Shown here one piece after another: positions 49,271 to 53,479 of a stretch of 53,479 nucleotides of DNA. Location: assembly GCA_032718475.1 (NCBI GenBank), contig JAUCBJ010006358.1, forward strand, positions 1-53,479, given 5' to 3'. The translations under genes were made by a program, and so were the position numbers. Every line of letters begins with the position of its first letter. The first letter of the stretch is position 1. Source of the stretch: Nemertoderma westbladi. Lineage: Eukaryota > Animalia > Xenacoelomorpha. The notes below the pieces were generated by a model. The model was given only the letters and a program-made list of their open reading frames with translations. It was not told where the DNA came from and ran no database searches.

Positions 49271-50606
49271 AGTTATATATTATAAGAGGATGGGGTTCGT
49301 GATTATTAGTTATTATACAAGTGCCCCTCGGCTATAGAGAGTCCACCCTCGGTTGCTTACTGGATAATTAGCCTAGTGATAATAAAGTGCAACTAAGTAT
49401 TTCCAACCAAGACATGGATGCAAAATGTGGGGCGACCCACAAATTGACCCGAAGTCTTAGCATATGGGTGCCCTTGAGGAGTTGTATGTCATCTGTCATC
49501 TGTCAAATTTTTGATCGCTAATACTGTATAACTCGGTCATTTATAGATGAAATTAAACCAAACTTGGTACGTATGAAGTCTGTCAAAAGTTTGGAAAGAA
49601 TCTGAGGTTTAAGGAATCAAAGGTCACATATCAGACAGTCTGTACCGATAGTTTCAAAAAATTTTGATAAAAACCGAAATAAGTCATTTATAATGTCATT
49701 TTTAAATTGACATTTTCAATATCATTTTGTCAAATTATCACTTTCGAATTGACATTTCGACATGTCATTTTGCCAAAACGTTATTGTGTCAATATGTCAC
49801 TTTCAAATTGACTTTTCAAATTGAGATTAAATATAACTAAACTTGGTACACATATAGTCTGTGAAAAGTTTAGAAATTCTTTCCATTTTTCTGAAAATGT
49901 ATCAATTACTGTACTTACCGATCTTCTTATCTGCTAAAAAAACTAAATTTTTGAAATTTGTTGTAAAGTACGGGACTTTACATGCATAAACTCAAAGATT
50001 AGTTAACTGAGGAATGATTCTTAGTTGAAAATACATACTTCTAATGCTTCCCACTACTATCACCCTAAAACATTATAACACTCCTGCCCTCCAGGCTTCA
50101 CATATTACATTAATACAGTGCACTAATATAATCGCCATTTTGGGGTGGTAAAGTATGGGACAATTTTCAATTGGCCGCCATGATATTTCTAAGGGAGTGA
50201 AGATGAAACTAATTGTTTTATACGATGACGCAACACAAACGTGCTTTGCATTCCACTGGGTGATTAGGATGAGTTACATCTCTGTGAATAAAATAAAAAT
50301 TTCACTATTTTAGGTAAAGTATGGGACATCACATGATTAATAACTTTATCGATTTCATTCCAGAGGGATGAAACACTGGTGAAATTGGATGAAACCAAAA
50401 AAAATCGAAAATGGGTTTGTTTTTGATTTGGTACATGCTCAGAAATGTTAATTTATTGGTCATAGGAAGTGCCTACAGGAAACGAAACTTTTGCACACTT
50501 TTATTGACATTTTGTGCAGAACAGGTGCATAATTTTAAGTATAAATTCAATGCTCCGTCTCATTTTTTGAAATTAGTAGGGAGGGTGACCTTTTCATGGA
50601 ATGACC

Positions 50607-52580
50607 AACAGTAGAAATATATAACATAACATAACAGTAGAAATATATAACATAACATAACAGTAGAACTATATAACATAACATAACAGTAGAAATATAT
50701 AACATAACTTAACATAACAGTAGAAATATATAACATAACATAACATAACATAATATCATAAATTCACTTAAAGACAATTTCCATCTCTTCCTACAGAGTT
50801 AAACAATATTCCCATTATATATATATATATATTAAAAAATATAATAAAAATAAAGTAATAGGAACGCATTTTAGACCACCATGTTCAGCATGATCCGGTC
50901 TCTTAAATATAATTTTGAGTTGAACGAATTATGTTTTTGACAGACCAATATCAAGCAAGTAAAATTATTTGGAAACAGAGAAACAACATGTTCCTATCTG
51001 TTCAACCGTAAGTAGTCATCGTTTTAATTATAATTGAAAGTACCGACATACTGACTAATGGGGGCTTGGTATATAAATATAATAAATGGGTAAAATTATA
51101 AAAAATAATAAATGGCCCTATTTTGGGCTTAATGTCCTGATCCTATTTTTTTTTTTGTTAGATTAAGGGGTGTAAGACTTTAGTGTTTACCCATTTATTA
51201 TATTTATATACCAAGCCCCCATTAGTCAGTATGTCGGTACTTTCAATTATCATATTATGAAGTTAAGCAGAATTCCGACAATTACTGCAAATTGTAAAAT
51301 CTAATATATTTTTTATACTGTGTGTGTTTGCCCCAGCAACCTACCAGTTTTCCATTGATATCACTGATTTACTTACTGTATAGGGTTCCAATGTTCTGTG
51401 GTCTGATGTCTGTTTGGGATAGGTGGTAACAGAGTTCATGGTGCGATTTTTTTAGGTCATTGGTGCAATATAGATAGGCTTTGGGTAATCCTTTGTCCAG
51501 CTGACTACCGGTATCATTTAGTGTATGGCGGTTAGGTTAGGGTTAGGGTGCGATACATACCTGTATGTTGAGCATGTTTCAATATATTTGTTTATGTCGT
51601 TTTTGTTTGTATTATTTTGTGTCGTTTTTTGATGGCCTTAGGGCTGAGTACTACTTAGGGCTTAATGTCCTGATCCTATGTTTTTTGTTAGATTAAGGGG
51701 TGTAAGACTTTAGTGTTTACCCATTTATTATATTTATCGTTTTATTTAAGCAGGGACACAAAGCGCAACCCTGTTTAAATACTGTAAGTAAAATTATCAC
51801 ATTGGTTACATTTTTTGCATATGTGTTTCGCCGGGAATTTGGCTCATCAGCTACACTAACCCGTGCAGGACACATGTTAATCCAACTAACTACACCAAAA
51901 CCCAGCTAAACACACACACATACATAATAAACAAAATAGTATTGCATTCCAGATCAAATAAGCAATCATTTCCTTAGCAACACTATAATCATGTGATAAT
52001 TTTTTTGTCTAGTGCATGGTTGCTAATTATAATAAAGACTAAAGTAATAGGAACGCATTTTAGACAGCCATGTTCAGCATGATCCGGTCTCTTAAATATA
52101 ATTTTGAAAAACATATGCAAAAGTGTAGCCAATGTGATAATTTTACTTACAGTATTTAAATAGGGTTGCGCTTTGTGTCTCTGCTTAAATAAAACGATGA
52201 CTACTTACGGTTGAACAGATAGGAACATGTTGTTTCTCTGTTTCCAATTAATTTTACTTGCTTGATATTGGTCTGTCAAAAACATAATTCGTTCAACTCA
52301 AAATTATATTTAAGAGACCGGATCATGCTGAACATGGTGGTCTAAAATGCGTTCCTATTACTTTATTTTTATTATATTTTTTAATATATATATATATAAT
52401 GGGAATATTGTGTAACTCTGTAGGAAGAGATGGAAATTGTCTTTAAGTGAATTTATGATATTATGTTATGTTATGTTATATATTTCTACTGTTATGTTAA
52501 TTATGTTATATATTTCTACTGTTATGTTAAATTATGTTATATATTTCTACTGTTATGTTATGTTATATAGTTCTACAGTT
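50607..52580. repeat. Large inverted repeat (~400-bp arms) enclosing nested inverted and direct repeats; Penelope-like remnants
   Basis: Arms ~50610-51026 and ~52190-52575. Inner inverted pairs 51030-51093/51186-51251 and ~51736-51828/52106-52198. Direct pair ~51125-51205/51658-51736. Confidence 0.85.
51826..51850 (-). ncRNA. Partial hammerhead ribozyme core
   Basis: Minus strand reads CTGATGA-GCC-aaattccc-GGC-GAAA (conserved core plus stem II). Stem I cannot be closed. Confidence 0.45.
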
Positions 52581-53479
52581 CTATAGTTCTTCTAGTGTTA
52601 TATAGTTATATTAAAAAATATATATATTAAAAAATATATAAAATAAGTAAAAATAAAAAATGTAATTATTAAAAATTCTGCGCTCGAGCTCCCTGTGCCT
52701 GCGTGGTGGTAGGCGGCCATGGAGGCCGCTCGGATTTGGGGACGGTGCCGGTCTGCGGGGGTCTGACCTTCCTGATCGGTACTGATCCCTTGCCTCTGAG
52801 CTCCAACATATCCTTCCAGTGCTTTGGTGGTAGGCCCGATGATATTTGTGTGGTGGCGGAATTAATTTTGTTATTTTTGGTGCACATCTTTTTAATTTAT
52901 GATTTTGTTTTAATAAAATACTCCTTCTTGCCTTTTTTTTCACTCTTAAAATAAAAAAAAAAATTATTAAAAATATTAGTAATATTGGAGATATTCTCGA
53001 TGATGTTGAAAAGTATATAACTAGTTGATTTCGTTAATCGGGGATAAAAAGGCAAAGGGATAAACCTCCACTACTGGCGAAAAGCAAAGGAAAGGATAGG
53101 GCTTACAACGTTATGACACGTGTACGGTGGTCCATTATCGGCATAACATTAAAAACTTAGCTAGGACCATGTTGCGAATTAATCAAATTGACTTGAACGA
53201 CAACCACTGTTTTACATTACTTATAGATGTGGCTGACAAATAATACTGTGAATATTTGTCAATAATCGACCTTATCTAATGCGAGTTGAGCTATTGTAAT
53301 TGAATTGGATTTGTTATTTGCCTACATTTAGGCGTCAAATTTCAACTACACAGAGGCACAGAGCATAATGCAGCTATTGTGAGGCAGTAGCTCTGAAACT
53401 ACAGTTTGTCAGTAGCTCAAACCACGCTTCATAATCACTGCCTGGTGCAACAGAGTTCCATGCAATAACTGTTAAATGT

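Larger units (their letters stand above)
33964..50606. mobile_element. Non-autonomous DNA transposon (possibly Sola2-like) carrying nested insertions
   Basis: Imperfect TIRs ggctcattcca...tggaatgacc; 4-bp TSD AACA (33960-33963, 50607-50610); aaagta(c/t)gggac motif near both ends; the minisatellite resumes in register after it. Superfamily assignment is tentative. Confidence 0.6.

Noticed and set aside
51530-51549. TTAGG/TTAGGG telomere-like motif
   Set aside because: Only about three mixed units; too short to be meaningful.
52611-52954. GC-rich island with short ORFs
   Set aside because: No recognisable motif or splice structure; probably a repeat fragment.

Overview
Repeat-dense eukaryotic (invertebrate-like metazoan) DNA with one clear host gene, an intronless GABA transaminase (ABAT, 31601-33079, +). 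There are three Bel/Pao LTR retrotransposons. Element 1 (1-11092, -) has an apparently intact gag-PR-RT-RNaseH-IN ORF running off the left edge. Element 2 (35508-47627, -; TSD TAAGC) is a young relative of element 1 with an open 1480-aa ORF from which RT, RNaseH and IN were deleted in frame. Element 3 (11783-21377, +; TSD AAATA) is a decayed gag-PR element of a different family carrying an extra triple-CCHC ORF. The rest is a 64-bp satellite (~118 copies), a foldback-like inverted minisatellite, a nested DNA-transposon-like insertion inside an AACAT minisatellite, and a palindromic Penelope-like region with a partial hammerhead core. Main finding: none of the three elements has a tRNA-type (TGG...) primer-binding site. 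In each, the 9-11 nt directly after the 5' LTR are the exact reverse complement of a site inside its own LTR. In elements 1 and 2 this site lies at the homologous position and co-varies with the PBS. This is the geometry of Tf1-style self-primed reverse transcription, which I know from the Ty3/Gypsy Tf1/sushi lineage but not from Bel/Pao.
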